A stretch of 53,950 bases of DNA from positions 65,223 through 119,172 of the forward strand of contig JBHLRZ010000005.1 of assembly GCA_048882045.1 (NCBI GenBank), read 5' to 3'. The DNA is from Candidatus Thorarchaeota archaeon. Its GTDB lineage: Archaea > Asgardarchaeota > Thorarchaeia > Thorarchaeales > Thorarchaeaceae. The position numbers were made by a program, and so were the translations under genes. Within the stretch, counting starts at the first letter, position 1; the number at the start of each line of letters is the position of its first letter. The notes below the pieces were generated by a model that searched no databases, was not told the DNA's origin, and saw only the letters and a program-made list of their open reading frames with translations. This document shows, piece by piece, positions 28,081 through 37,383 of this stretch.

Positions 28081-29367
28081 TCATGTATACTCATCAGGTG
28101 AGGCACGCATCTCCATATCGACCTCTGTGCTTCCCATCCTATCTATTCTTGCTTCGAGGTTAGTGAGTGCTGAACAGGTGCCAGTCTTGAGTATCTCTGC
28201 TACAGTTTCTTCCATTGATTTGTCAATGACGAGTTGCTTTCCGAGCTCTGCGTTCTCATGCAATATTTTGAGATCATCTACTCCTCTTTCAATCCGGGCA
28301 GCAAGCTCCCAGTAGGGCCTTGTCGCTTTTCTGGGCAATCCCAGATGCATGCTCATCCTAAACACAATATCAAGCAGAACTCCTAGAACATTGTTATTGG
28401 ACTCATACTCGTGGGGAACACTATGCCGCACAGAGCGGTCTCGGATTCGAACATTCTTACAAACCTGAAAACCTGATGTCATTACATTTACTGGTAGTCT
28501 TCGCCAAATGGGTTGACCATATGTGTTGTTGTTCTCGTAGATCCTTTCTATCGAGTCATAGTTATCAGGAAACCGTCTCTTGATGACTCTCATAAAGTAG
28601 TCCTTCTGTCGACCTGGTTTCAAAGTCATTCCTCCCCACTGGATGAATTCGCCTTTTGCATCCTTTGTCTTTCTGGCAAGCTCTCTCATGTTCTCGATAT
28701 TGTCGCCAATCGTTGGGATTATTGGAGTAGCCATCACACCTCCCTTGAGTCCAGATTTTCGAATCTCTTTTAGAGCTGCAAAACGCTCCGATGAAGTTGA
28801 AGCATTTGGTTCGAATATCTTCTGGACATCGTCATTAGCCAGAGTGATTGTGAAAACTATGTTTGCAAAGGCTTCCCGATGAATCTCCCTCAGAATATCC
28901 ATGTATTCAAGGACAAGGTCTGATTTAGTCAGGATGAATACTGGCATACCATAATCAAAGAGTGTTTCTAAGATATGACGTGTCACATTGTGTTCTCGTT
29001 CAGCCTGCTGGAATCCATCACTCACTCCACCACAGGCTCCTATCACTATTCTCCTTGGAACTTTCCCTGCTAGTCTTTTCGCATCTTCCTCATCCAAAAA
29101 TGACCAGAGGGTTTCGGTTTCAAGTTCTGACTGAGATGTGTATCCCATTTTCTTCAATTCTTTGCGAAGAATTTCAGCTGCATTCTCTTTAATTCTGATA
29201 TGAGAATAGAAGTTATCGACATGATAGTACTCTGAATTTCCGTCACAGTAGACACAACCGTGCTCACATCCTCGATATGCGTTCAAGCTCCTATTCATAT
29301 GGAACCAGCTGTCAGCTACATGTGGTTTTGATAGCAGGGATCTTGCCTTCACGCACTCATATTTCAT
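28081..29367 (-). CDS. Radical SAM protein, SplB/Rv2578c-like (putative DNA repair)
   Basis: LNAYRGCEHGCVYC, ILTKSDLV, FEPNASTSSERFAAL and PIIPTIGD. Confidence 0.85.
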   Translation of the reverse strand: MKYECVKARSLLSKPHVADSWFHMNRSLNAYRGCEHGCVYCDGNSEYYHVDNFYSHIRIKENAAEILRKELKKMGYTSQSELETETLWSFLDEEDAKRLAGKVPRRIVIGACGGVSDGFQQAEREHNVTRHILETLFDYGMPVFILTKSDLVLEYMDILREIHREAFANIVFTITLANDDVQKIFEPNASTSSERFAALKEIRKSGLKGGVMATPIIPTIGDNIENMRELARKTKDAKGEFIQWGGMTLKPGRQKDYFMRVIKRRFPDNYDSIERIYENNNTYGQPIWRRLPVNVMTSGFQVCKNVRIRDRSVRHSVPHEYESNNNVLGVLLDIVFRMSMHLGLPRKATRPYWELAARIERGVDDLKILHENAELGKQLVIDKSMEETVAEILKTGTCSALTNLEARIDRMGSTEVDMEMRASPDEYT

Positions 29368-29490
29368 TTAGCAGCACTCGTCTGGTTGGTTTTTTCATAT
29401 ACCACATGGACCTTTTAAAAATCGAATTGAAGACCGGACACATTTACTTATCAATGTCTTTGTGAGAGTCTTTAGGTACAGGTGTAGTCT

Positions 29491-31221
29491 GTGACAGATG
29501 ACAAAGAAGACACATCATGGCTCCGTCGAGTGATGGAAGTAGTCCGTGATGGATTCGTTGTCATTCAAGATGAGGAGATCGTTCTAACAAACAGTGCGTT
29601 CACTGATATGCTTGGATACGAACGTGATACCCTTCTGGAAACAGAATTTGAAGACCTTATAGACCGAAAATCCAAGAATCGAGACAAGGAATTGATTGAC
29701 GCGCTCATTTTTGGAGAAAATCCTGAACGATTCATTACTCGACTTGCCGCAAAGGATGGCAATGTACTCCATGTCGAGATCACACCGACAATTTTCGAAT
29801 TTAAAGGTGCACCAGCTGTAATTGCTACTGTGGAAAACATCACATCTCAGATGGAACTTGAAGCTACAGTTTCGGAGTTGCAGAATCGATTTGCCACACT
29901 ATATGATATGTCACCTGTCGCTTACTTTACTCTCAATAGGAGTGGTATCATTGAGCAAGTCAATGAGGCTGCTGAAGAACTGCTTGGTTGTGAAGCTGAG
30001 GTTCTGATTGGTCAGAGCCTATCGATGTACCTCCCAGAACCGGAACCACTCTATGACCCTGGAGCAGACATTGTGAAGGAAGTCCTTCGTGGGAATCCTG
30101 TCACTGGTCTGGAGATTCAGATGAAACGTAGAGACGACCGACTGATCTGGGTTAACATATCTTCGCGTGCATTGGTTTCAGGGCAACACAGACCTGATGA
30201 GATTGGCATTACCGCCTTTGACATCACCTCGAGACGAAACTTCGAGGAGAAGCTACGTGAGGAAAGTGAAAGGGCCAACTTGTACATGGAAGTCATGAGT
30301 AGTGACTTGAACATGACAAATCAGAATGTGCTTTTTGCCATGGAAGACCTCAGTATCTCCCTTGACCTACCAGAGCGACTGAAAGGTGTCCTCAGTGAAA
30401 CCTCTTGGAGCGTGAGAAAGGCAGGAAGGATGATTGCAAACATGGGTGTTCTTATTTCCCTTGATCATGATCCTCCTGAGAAGGTCCTGACCCGATTGCA
30501 ACCGCACTTCAACAAAGCCGTTCGCGAAGCTACACGGGATTTTGAATGGAAGACAATCGATATCAAGTCGAATATCCAGGATCAGACTTTTGATGTCATT
30601 GGCCATGCATTTCTGTGGTATGTCTTCTTCAACATCATTCACTATTCAGCAAGTGCAGATACCAATTCGAAGGTCAGTATTGAGATTAATGCAGAGCTCA
30701 CGGAAGACAATGAAATGGTTCGAATAGAGTTCTTGGACCGTGCTCCAGCTCCTTCTGATGATTTGAAGGATCAAATATTCAGAAGGACTGGTGACGCTAT
30801 GGATGAGTTTGCAGGTAAGGGTCTGAGCCTAACTGTTGTTGACCGTTTCGTCGAAGACCTTGGTGGTAGAGTGTGGGTTGAGAACAGGGTCAAGTCCAAT
30901 CCAGCAAAAGGGACAAGGTATATTCTGTTGATTCCTGCTTGGAAGGACCAACTTAAAGTTCCGCCAATTGTATTCTATAAATCTGAACACTGCGTATTCT
31001 GTGGACCTGTGTTTGACTCGTTGACAATGATACTTCGAGAACTTGGAATTGGTCAATCAGCCATACAGTTGGTAAACGTTGATTCTACGGATTCAGATGT
31101 CAAAGAGGAAGATCTTCCTGCGTTGCCAACAATTCACTTGGGCAAAGATCGTCTCTCAGGATTCATAGCTGAGGATGATCTTAGAGTCGCTATTTCTACG
31201 ATGCTACTCACTTCTGGGTAA
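29491..31221 (+). CDS. PAS-PAS histidine pseudokinase with C-terminal CxxC thioredoxin-fold domain
   Basis: Two PAS domains. H-box EVMSSDL lacks the His, and the ATP-binding boxes are degenerate (N-box NIIHYS, G1 DRAPAP, G2 GKGLSL). C-terminal FYKSEHCVFCGP...LPALPTI. Confidence 0.85.
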   Translation: MTDDKEDTSWLRRVMEVVRDGFVVIQDEEIVLTNSAFTDMLGYERDTLLETEFEDLIDRKSKNRDKELIDALIFGENPERFITRLAAKDGNVLHVEITPTIFEFKGAPAVIATVENITSQMELEATVSELQNRFATLYDMSPVAYFTLNRSGIIEQVNEAAEELLGCEAEVLIGQSLSMYLPEPEPLYDPGADIVKEVLRGNPVTGLEIQMKRRDDRLIWVNISSRALVSGQHRPDEIGITAFDITSRRNFEEKLREESERANLYMEVMSSDLNMTNQNVLFAMEDLSISLDLPERLKGVLSETSWSVRKAGRMIANMGVLISLDHDPPEKVLTRLQPHFNKAVREATRDFEWKTIDIKSNIQDQTFDVIGHAFLWYVFFNIIHYSASADTNSKVSIEINAELTEDNEMVRIEFLDRAPAPSDDLKDQIFRRTGDAMDEFAGKGLSLTVVDRFVEDLGGRVWVENRVKSNPAKGTRYILLIPAWKDQLKVPPIVFYKSEHCVFCGPVFDSLTMILRELGIGQSAIQLVNVDSTDSDVKEEDLPALPTIHLGKDRLSGFIAEDDLRVAISTMLLTSG

Positions 31222-31225
31222 TTGA

Positions 31226-32176
31226 TCAATTCTTCTTCATATACAGCCTAAGTAGATCGTTCATGAACTCGTTACTCTTGTGAATGATTACCATCGGGTC
31301 TTCTGTGATGAAGGCAAAACGGTATGTAACTGCGGCATTTGGCTTTGCCCACACAATATAGGTTGGAGTGTCTAGGAAGACCTTTTCATATTCCTTGCAT
31401 ACTTTGTCAAAGTGTTTTCTCATTGCTTGATGGTCGTGATTCATATGTATGGTCAGATCAAATGTGTATCTATAAGCTTCAATGTCAGTGGCTATATCTT
31501 TCAGTTTGTCTAACGCTCTGTCAATCTTCCTGATGTAGGATGGACCCATACCCTCATCAAGTGACATCTGGACCTCTTCTTCCCTTGATTCGATGAGCTC
31601 TTCCACATTAATCCGAAAATTGGTGACCTCACTACCAACAACTTTGCTGTTGGGCACAAGTTGAATTGTTTCGTCAGCCATCAGCACTCTCGTGTAGTTC
31701 AGAGTGACTTCCCTTACCACTCCTTCAACAGATCCTATCCTGACATAGTCTCCCACACGAAATGGACGAGCCGCGAGTACGTATAAGCCACTCACGATAT
31801 TGCCAAGTGCCTGAGAGAAAGCAAGTCCTAGAGCAGTTCCAAAAATTGCAGTCAATGAGAGGATAGTCGCCAAGTTGGCTTGAAATGTACTCACAACAAT
31901 CATGACAGCAGCAATGAAGAAAATCAGTCGCATGACCATCACGATTCCCGTAGCAGCTTCGGGACCCATTCCCACTGCACGAAGTGACCTGCGTGTTAGG
32001 CTTGTGACAAGCAAATAGATTAACATGAGCACTATGAGTGCCCCTATTAGGAGTATATACGGGAACAGAACCTCCCAGTAGAACTGGATGAATCCGATTG
32101 GATCTGTAAAAAAACCAGGAGGTGTCGGCATGGGAGTAGTCGTCGTGGTCTGCATCTGCTTTCTGCTTCTCCTCAT
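31226..32176 (-). CDS. mscS: MscS-family small-conductance mechanosensitive channel
   Basis: GLAFSQALGNIVSG, RPFRVGDYVRIG..EGVVREV and VPNS. Start is ATG 32176 or 32155. Confidence 0.85.
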   Translation of the reverse strand: MRRSRKQMQTTTTTPMPTPPGFFTDPIGFIQFYWEVLFPYILLIGALIVLMLIYLLVTSLTRRSLRAVGMGPEAATGIVMVMRLIFFIAAVMIVVSTFQANLATILSLTAIFGTALGLAFSQALGNIVSGLYVLAARPFRVGDYVRIGSVEGVVREVTLNYTRVLMADETIQLVPNSKVVGSEVTNFRINVEELIESREEEVQMSLDEGMGPSYIRKIDRALDKLKDIATDIEAYRYTFDLTIHMNHDHQAMRKHFDKVCKEYEKVFLDTPTYIVWAKPNAAVTYRFAFITEDPMVIIHKSNEFMNDLLRLYMKKN

Positions 32177-32265
32177 TATTTGCCAATATATGAATGATAC
32201 CCATTGTAGGTTGGTACAATTGATGGAATCTGAGTAGTATTAATAGGGCAGAATGACTCCTAGAA

Positions 32266-33369
32266 ATGTTTGAGATGCTCGAAGTTCCTACCTATACTGA
32301 CAAGGTTCCGTGGAAACCAATCCTTGCAAAAGTATTGGTAGTGTTACTATTCCCTCTTATTTGTAGCTATGGCTATAGTCGTTTCTATTATGCATCCATC
32401 CTGTTTTTTTCTGGAATTTCTTCACTTACTACACTCGACTCGGTACTCATGATCCTTGTTTCAATTCTTCTTCTACTTCCAGGAATCTATATTGAAAGAA
32501 GAATCAAATCAAAGCCGATTACAACCAGAGTCCGTAAATCTGTTCTTGCTGTGGTTTTTGCAACATGGCTGTTTCCTTTTCTAGGATTCGTCTATGCTCC
32601 GATCGCGCCTTATCTGTTTTTGTATCTCTATATCCCTCTCATTACCATGCCAATACTCTCAAACTCATTCTTCATAATATTGCCATTACTCCACCGGGAG
32701 TTTATCCTCCGGCAAACTCCGGAGAAATATCAATCTAGAAGTTTTGTTGAGCTCTCAAGATTTTTCAAGCAGCAGTTCGGGAGGAGAAGGTTCTTGCCTC
32801 TCATAATTTGGTCAGGATTGCTATTCTCTCCATTGCTTGTATTTGGACCCTGGGAAATCAATATTGAGTCTCTCCTATACAGTATCACACTCGTCATGGA
32901 CGGTCCACTTCTCATTGAGAGGTTCAATATCAACCAGTTCCTTTACACGATTTCAATGGTCTACATGATGCCTAGTGCCTTCCTGATATTCTCACTGCGA
33001 TTTGTCTTTATTCGAGACGTCTTCCGTTTCAATAAGGGGAACATAACACAATCCCGTCTGATCTCGATGGGAGTCCTATCAGAGATTGCGCCCGCGGCTA
33101 TGTTGACTCTTCAGCAGTTTGCCACCATTATGGTTATTGAACTACCCTTCGGATACTATAGTTGGATTCTACCAACACCGTTGTTCCCACTACTTGGATA
33201 TATCTTTGTCAGATTGAGTAGGTCCACAATCCCATCTGATGCCCCGTGGGATGATGATGAGCACATAATGTGGTTTGAAGAAAAACCACAAGATCAACCG
33301 AGGGATCCAAATATCAAGGTCCCAATATCTTACATGATCCGCTCACTAATACGAAGGCTACGGAGGTAG
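32266..33369 (+). CDS. Hypothetical multi-pass membrane protein, possibly with an internal duplication
   Basis: About 8 hydrophobic helices in two similar blocks, followed by a polar tail. Confidence 0.75.
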   Translation: MFEMLEVPTYTDKVPWKPILAKVLVVLLFPLICSYGYSRFYYASILFFSGISSLTTLDSVLMILVSILLLLPGIYIERRIKSKPITTRVRKSVLAVVFATWLFPFLGFVYAPIAPYLFLYLYIPLITMPILSNSFFIILPLLHREFILRQTPEKYQSRSFVELSRFFKQQFGRRRFLPLIIWSGLLFSPLLVFGPWEINIESLLYSITLVMDGPLLIERFNINQFLYTISMVYMMPSAFLIFSLRFVFIRDVFRFNKGNITQSRLISMGVLSEIAPAAMLTLQQFATIMVIELPFGYYSWILPTPLFPLLGYIFVRLSRSTIPSDAPWDDDEHIMWFEEKPQDQPRDPNIKVPISYMIRSLIRRLRR

Positions 33370-33374
33370 AGATC

Positions 33375-34829
33375 TTACTCGGTATCGAATACCAAGGTCT
33401 TGATGACGACCGGCACGACCACATCTTCGATGATGGGCTCTCCAATGTCTAGGAAATCTCCTTCCTGCACCTTAATCTCATCGATAGAGAGAATCTCGTT
33501 TGATATTCCAGTCTCTCTCTTCATTACGTTCCCGACACTGTTTCCAATGTCTGCGTCAAAACACATGAAGATGGGGGATTTGCTCTTGACACTATTAGGT
33601 AGTGCGGCAACAACTCCTATTGCGAACTGCCTGAGATTTTCATAAGATGGTCTCACAGTGTCATTGAATGCGAGAATCAATGGGTCCACACCTTCCTGTA
33701 AGTCAAACCTTGAAATCGCGGCTTCAATTGATTTCCTTACTTCCTCCGAAGATGCTTTTCGAGACTTGATGTGTGGAACGACTACTGGTAGGTTCCTCAG
33801 GGGATATTGGAGACCAGAAGAGAGGAACGTTGTTGAACCACTGACCTGAAGGCTGAAGTTTCCAGCTCCTATAACTGTAGCTCGAATACGGTGTTCTGGC
33901 TTCTCTATTGGCAGACCCAAGGCTGTTGCTTTCTCAAAGATTGCCTGAGCTAGGTATGATCCAAGATCGTTGAACTCTCTATCCTCAGTGTTATAGATAA
34001 ACTCAGCAACTCCTCCAGAGAATGTTATGCAATCTAGAGGCGTATCGAAGTCCAAGGGTGGCGCCATCATCAACATTGAGGTTATCTGTGAGGTTTGCTT
34101 TCCTTGTATACATTCAGTCAAAGCGCCAGCGAGGGCATCTGCTAGAACACGTTTCTGCTCATCCTGCAGAGTGTCACCAAGGTCTAGGTTGCAACAGACC
34201 ATCTGTCCTATTTTTCGTCCAGTTTCCTCAAGGCGAATAATGGTGTTCGATTCATCGACAGCAACAAGGCGCCCACCTACATTAATGGCAGTAGTTGCAA
34301 CAACACGCCCATCCTTGCAGACTGCTATGTTGGAACTGCCACCACCAATATCGACATTCATCACTGTTTCTCCTGTTTCTGCTGAACGCGACACTGCACC
34401 TGATCCATAGGCAGCCAGAACACTTTCGAAATTGGGTCCTGCTGTTGCAGCAACGAACTTACCCACTTCTCCTGCAAGCTCACTGACAATCCACTCTGCA
34501 TTCTCCTTGCGAGCAGTTTCCCCTGTGATGATCACAGCACCAGTATCGATGTCAGAGATATCGAATCCAGCATTCCTGTAATCTGCTAGAAGGAGGTCTC
34601 TCAGAGCGACGAAATCAACATTGTCTGGATCCTTGAAAGGAGTGAAATGGATCGGACCTGAATGGAGAATCTTTCTCTCCTTGATCTCGAACTTCTCTGT
34701 GCGTGACTTTTCATTCTTCTCAAGAACTATCTGACTGAACACAACATGTGAAGTTGAGGAACCAATGTCCACACCTACACTGGTTAGTTCCTTTCGCCTT
34801 GTCTTGACAATCATCGATGTGTTCACCAA
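33375..34829 (-). CDS. eutA: EutA-family ethanolamine ammonia-lyase reactivating factor (ASKHA ATPase)
   Basis: SVGVDIGSSTSH, DTGAVIITGETARKENA, FVAATAGPNFES, NVDIGGGSSN, TFSGGVAE, IRATVIGAG and VVPVVIKTLVF. Confidence 0.9.
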   Translation of the reverse strand: MVNTSMIVKTRRKELTSVGVDIGSSTSHVVFSQIVLEKNEKSRTEKFEIKERKILHSGPIHFTPFKDPDNVDFVALRDLLLADYRNAGFDISDIDTGAVIITGETARKENAEWIVSELAGEVGKFVAATAGPNFESVLAAYGSGAVSRSAETGETVMNVDIGGGSSNIAVCKDGRVVATTAINVGGRLVAVDESNTIIRLEETGRKIGQMVCCNLDLGDTLQDEQKRVLADALAGALTECIQGKQTSQITSMLMMAPPLDFDTPLDCITFSGGVAEFIYNTEDREFNDLGSYLAQAIFEKATALGLPIEKPEHRIRATVIGAGNFSLQVSGSTTFLSSGLQYPLRNLPVVVPHIKSRKASSEEVRKSIEAAISRFDLQEGVDPLILAFNDTVRPSYENLRQFAIGVVAALPNSVKSKSPIFMCFDADIGNSVGNVMKRETGISNEILSIDEIKVQEGDFLDIGEPIIEDVVVPVVIKTLVFDTE

Positions 34830-34941
34830 ATTAATTTGTGCCCTTTGTTGTTTCCTTTATAGGTTGACGGTAACGCGCAAGATATGAACTAAAACGTGTA
34901 ATTCATATTTTCGTTCTCACTTAATTTGTGCGGAGAAAATC

Positions 34942-35454
34942 ATGGATACGATTAGGACAATCCGTGAACGAAGGAGCATAAGGAAATACAAACCAGACCC
35001 AATAGGCGAAGAAAAGTTGCATACAATTCTGCAAGCTGGACGTTGGGCACCTTCCGCTTCGAACAAACAGCCATGGCACTTCATTGTCGTTCAAGACACA
35101 GCTATGCGTGAGAAACTTGCAGAGATCCACAACTATGGCCGATTCATGCGTGAATCACCAGTCGTAATTGTGGTATTGGGTGACCCGAAAAGACATCCAA
35201 GATACCACCTTGCTGATCCACATCAGGCTGTCCAGAACATGTTGCTGACAGCATATGCGCTAGGTTTAGGGACTTGCTGGGCTGGTGTACGTGATACCGA
35301 TTTAGAACCCAAATTTCGGGCAGCATTAGATATCCCAGAAGATTTACGTGTTGTTTGTGCTGTCGCTTTAGGTCATGCAGACCAAGAGAGAACAAGCTCA
35401 CGCATTCCTCTGGAAGAAATTGTATCTTGGGAGAAATATGGTTCAAAACAGTGA
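34942..35454 (+). CDS. Nitroreductase family protein
   Basis: RRSIRKY, WAPSASNKQPWHF and QNMLLTAYALGLGTCW. Confidence 0.95.
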   Translation: MDTIRTIRERRSIRKYKPDPIGEEKLHTILQAGRWAPSASNKQPWHFIVVQDTAMREKLAEIHNYGRFMRESPVVIVVLGDPKRHPRYHLADPHQAVQNMLLTAYALGLGTCWAGVRDTDLEPKFRAALDIPEDLRVVCAVALGHADQERTSSRIPLEEIVSWEKYGSKQ

Positions 35455-35457
35455 TGA

Positions 35458-35874
35458 GTGGTAACGGAAATGATCGGCGAATCTGACTTGGAAACTCTAC
35501 TAAAACACATGGAACCTAAGCATATACAAGGTGAGTATGTCTTTTGTTCTATCGACCCGTCTGATGTGTCCCTATTTGGTTCTCCTCTTCTAACCTTTCA
35601 GGAAGCTGAGGGCTTGACAGTTGTTCTACTACGAGAAGTAGCAGAATTGAACAAGCTTCAATTTGAGAAGATATGGGGCTTGATCACACTCCAAGTCCAT
35701 TCAGATTTGAGTGCTGTTGGATTCCTTGCAGAAATCTCTCATCATCTGGCTAAAGCAGGTGTAAGTGTCAACATCGTATCAGCTTACTATCATGACCATC
35801 TTTTCGTACCATTCTCCAAGGTTGACAAAGCTATGGAGATTCTGACCTCACTCTCTGCAATGTATTCAGATTGA
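35458..35874 (+). CDS. Tandem ACT-domain protein (ACT_3/ACT_7 type)
   Basis: GESDLETLL..MEP, EAEGLTVV, ITLQVHSDLSAVGF and SAYYHDHLFVP. Confidence 0.85.
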   Translation: MVTEMIGESDLETLLKHMEPKHIQGEYVFCSIDPSDVSLFGSPLLTFQEAEGLTVVLLREVAELNKLQFEKIWGLITLQVHSDLSAVGFLAEISHHLAKAGVSVNIVSAYYHDHLFVPFSKVDKAMEILTSLSAMYSD

Positions 35875-36357
35875 TATCACGACCTCCTTTGCCTTCTTTC
35901 CACTCATGTAATCAATGTCAATCCTTCCAATATTGACTCGTTCTACAGATTTCTCAGTGATTTGCTCATCAGACACCTTCTGAGGGTCGGATTCTAGTTG
36001 ATTGATCATGACTGAGAGAGCATGTCGTTTCTCTTGAGAGTCCTTTACAAAAGTGACTCTTCCTCTAAACTGAGTAGTGGCATATAGATGGTCACAAGAA
36101 CCGTCTGCATATCCATGGTCTTCCAGCGCTTGTCCCCATACAATATCATTCTTCTTGAGAATGTCAATTTTCTTGCCTTCTTGTGCGCAATGAAAATAGA
36201 TACAGCTCTTCTCCCTGTCATATCCATGACTGAGAGTTGCGATGTAAGGTTCATTATCCATACTCATGGCAACAGTGACATACTTGACAGACTCCAAGAT
36301 TGTTATCATCTCAGCCTTGTTTTTGATTTCCTTCTCTTTCCGACGAATTTCTCTCAT
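35866..36357 (-). CDS. Pyridoxamine 5'-phosphate oxidase-like flavin-binding protein (NimA-like)
   Basis: MREIRRKEKEI, PYIATLSHGYD, IYFHCAQEGKK and MSGK. Confidence 0.9.
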   Translation of the reverse strand: MREIRRKEKEIKNKAEMITILESVKYVTVAMSMDNEPYIATLSHGYDREKSCIYFHCAQEGKKIDILKKNDIVWGQALEDHGYADGSCDHLYATTQFRGRVTFVKDSQEKRHALSVMINQLESDPQKVSDEQITEKSVERVNIGRIDIDYMSGKKAKEVVISI

Positions 36358-36431
36358 GGGCGACGAGTATGGGGACCAACCGTTAAGGGTTTCGAAGTAA
36401 GGCTTTTCTGCGATTGAGGGTTCGACAGTCT

Positions 36432-37382
36432 ATGGTTTCTCTTCAGGACATTCGTGATGCGCACAATAGAATTCACGACAGAATAGTCAAGACTCCTGTC
36501 ATGACTTCGACATCTTTGGATAGGATTACAGGCTGCTATGTCTTTTTGAAGTGTGAAAATTTTCAAAGAGTCGGCGCATTCAAGTTCAGAGGAGCACTGA
36601 ACACAGTCTCATTACTTACAGAAGAAGAAAGAAAGAGGGGCGTGATAGCACATTCTTCTGGGAATCATGCCCAAGCATTGGCTCTAGCAGCATCCATGGA
36701 AGGTGTCAAGGCTACAATCGTCATGCCAAAGAACTCACCCAAGGTCAAGGTTGATGCCACAAGGGGGTATGGTGCTGAAATCGTGTTCTGCGAGAATTCC
36801 TCTGAAGCCAGGGTCCAAGTTGCTGACGAACTGGTCAAGACTCATAACTATACACTAGTGCATCCCTATGACGATGAAAGAATAATTGCTGGTGCTGGGA
36901 CTTCAGCATTGGAACTTATCGAAGAAGTTGGCCATTTAGACTACCTGTTTGCACCGGTCGGAGGTGGAGGACTTCTTAGTGGGACATCAATTGCTACCAA
37001 GGGTCTCAATCCTAAAACTACAGTCGTTGGTGTCGAGCCTGAGATGGCTGATGATGCATATCGATCTTTTAGAGATGGACAGATCTATCCCAGTTTATAC
37101 CCAGATACAATTGCAGATGGACTGCGAACACAACTTAGTGAATTGACCTTCAAGATTATTCGAGAGAATGTAGACAACATAATCACAGTGTCTGAGGAAG
37201 AAATTGTAGAAGCAATGCGGTTTCTATGGGAAAGAATGAAAATGGTTGTCGAACCATCAGGAGCAGTTTCACTCGCAGGTCTGCTGAAACTGAAGGATAG
37301 TATTTCCGGTAAGAAGGTTGGAGTAATTCTAAGTGGAGGAAACGTGGACCTCTCAGAATTCTTTCAGAAGTTTGAGAATTGA
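36432..37382 (+). CDS. PLP-dependent serine/threonine dehydratase / serine racemase family
   Basis: LKCENFQRVGAFKFRGA, HSSGNHAQ, PVGGGGL, VEPSGA and LSGGNVD. ATG at 36432. Confidence 0.95.
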   Translation: MVSLQDIRDAHNRIHDRIVKTPVMTSTSLDRITGCYVFLKCENFQRVGAFKFRGALNTVSLLTEEERKRGVIAHSSGNHAQALALAASMEGVKATIVMPKNSPKVKVDATRGYGAEIVFCENSSEARVQVADELVKTHNYTLVHPYDDERIIAGAGTSALELIEEVGHLDYLFAPVGGGGLLSGTSIATKGLNPKTTVVGVEPEMADDAYRSFRDGQIYPSLYPDTIADGLRTQLSELTFKIIRENVDNIITVSEEEIVEAMRFLWERMKMVVEPSGAVSLAGLLKLKDSISGKKVGVILSGGNVDLSEFFQKFEN

Positions 37383-37383
37383 A

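Noticed and set aside
34831-34931. Direct repeat TTAATTTGTGC twice in the eutA/nitroreductase divergent promoter
   Set aside because: An AT-rich 11-mer in two copies with no palindromic structure and no adjacent regulator could be chance.
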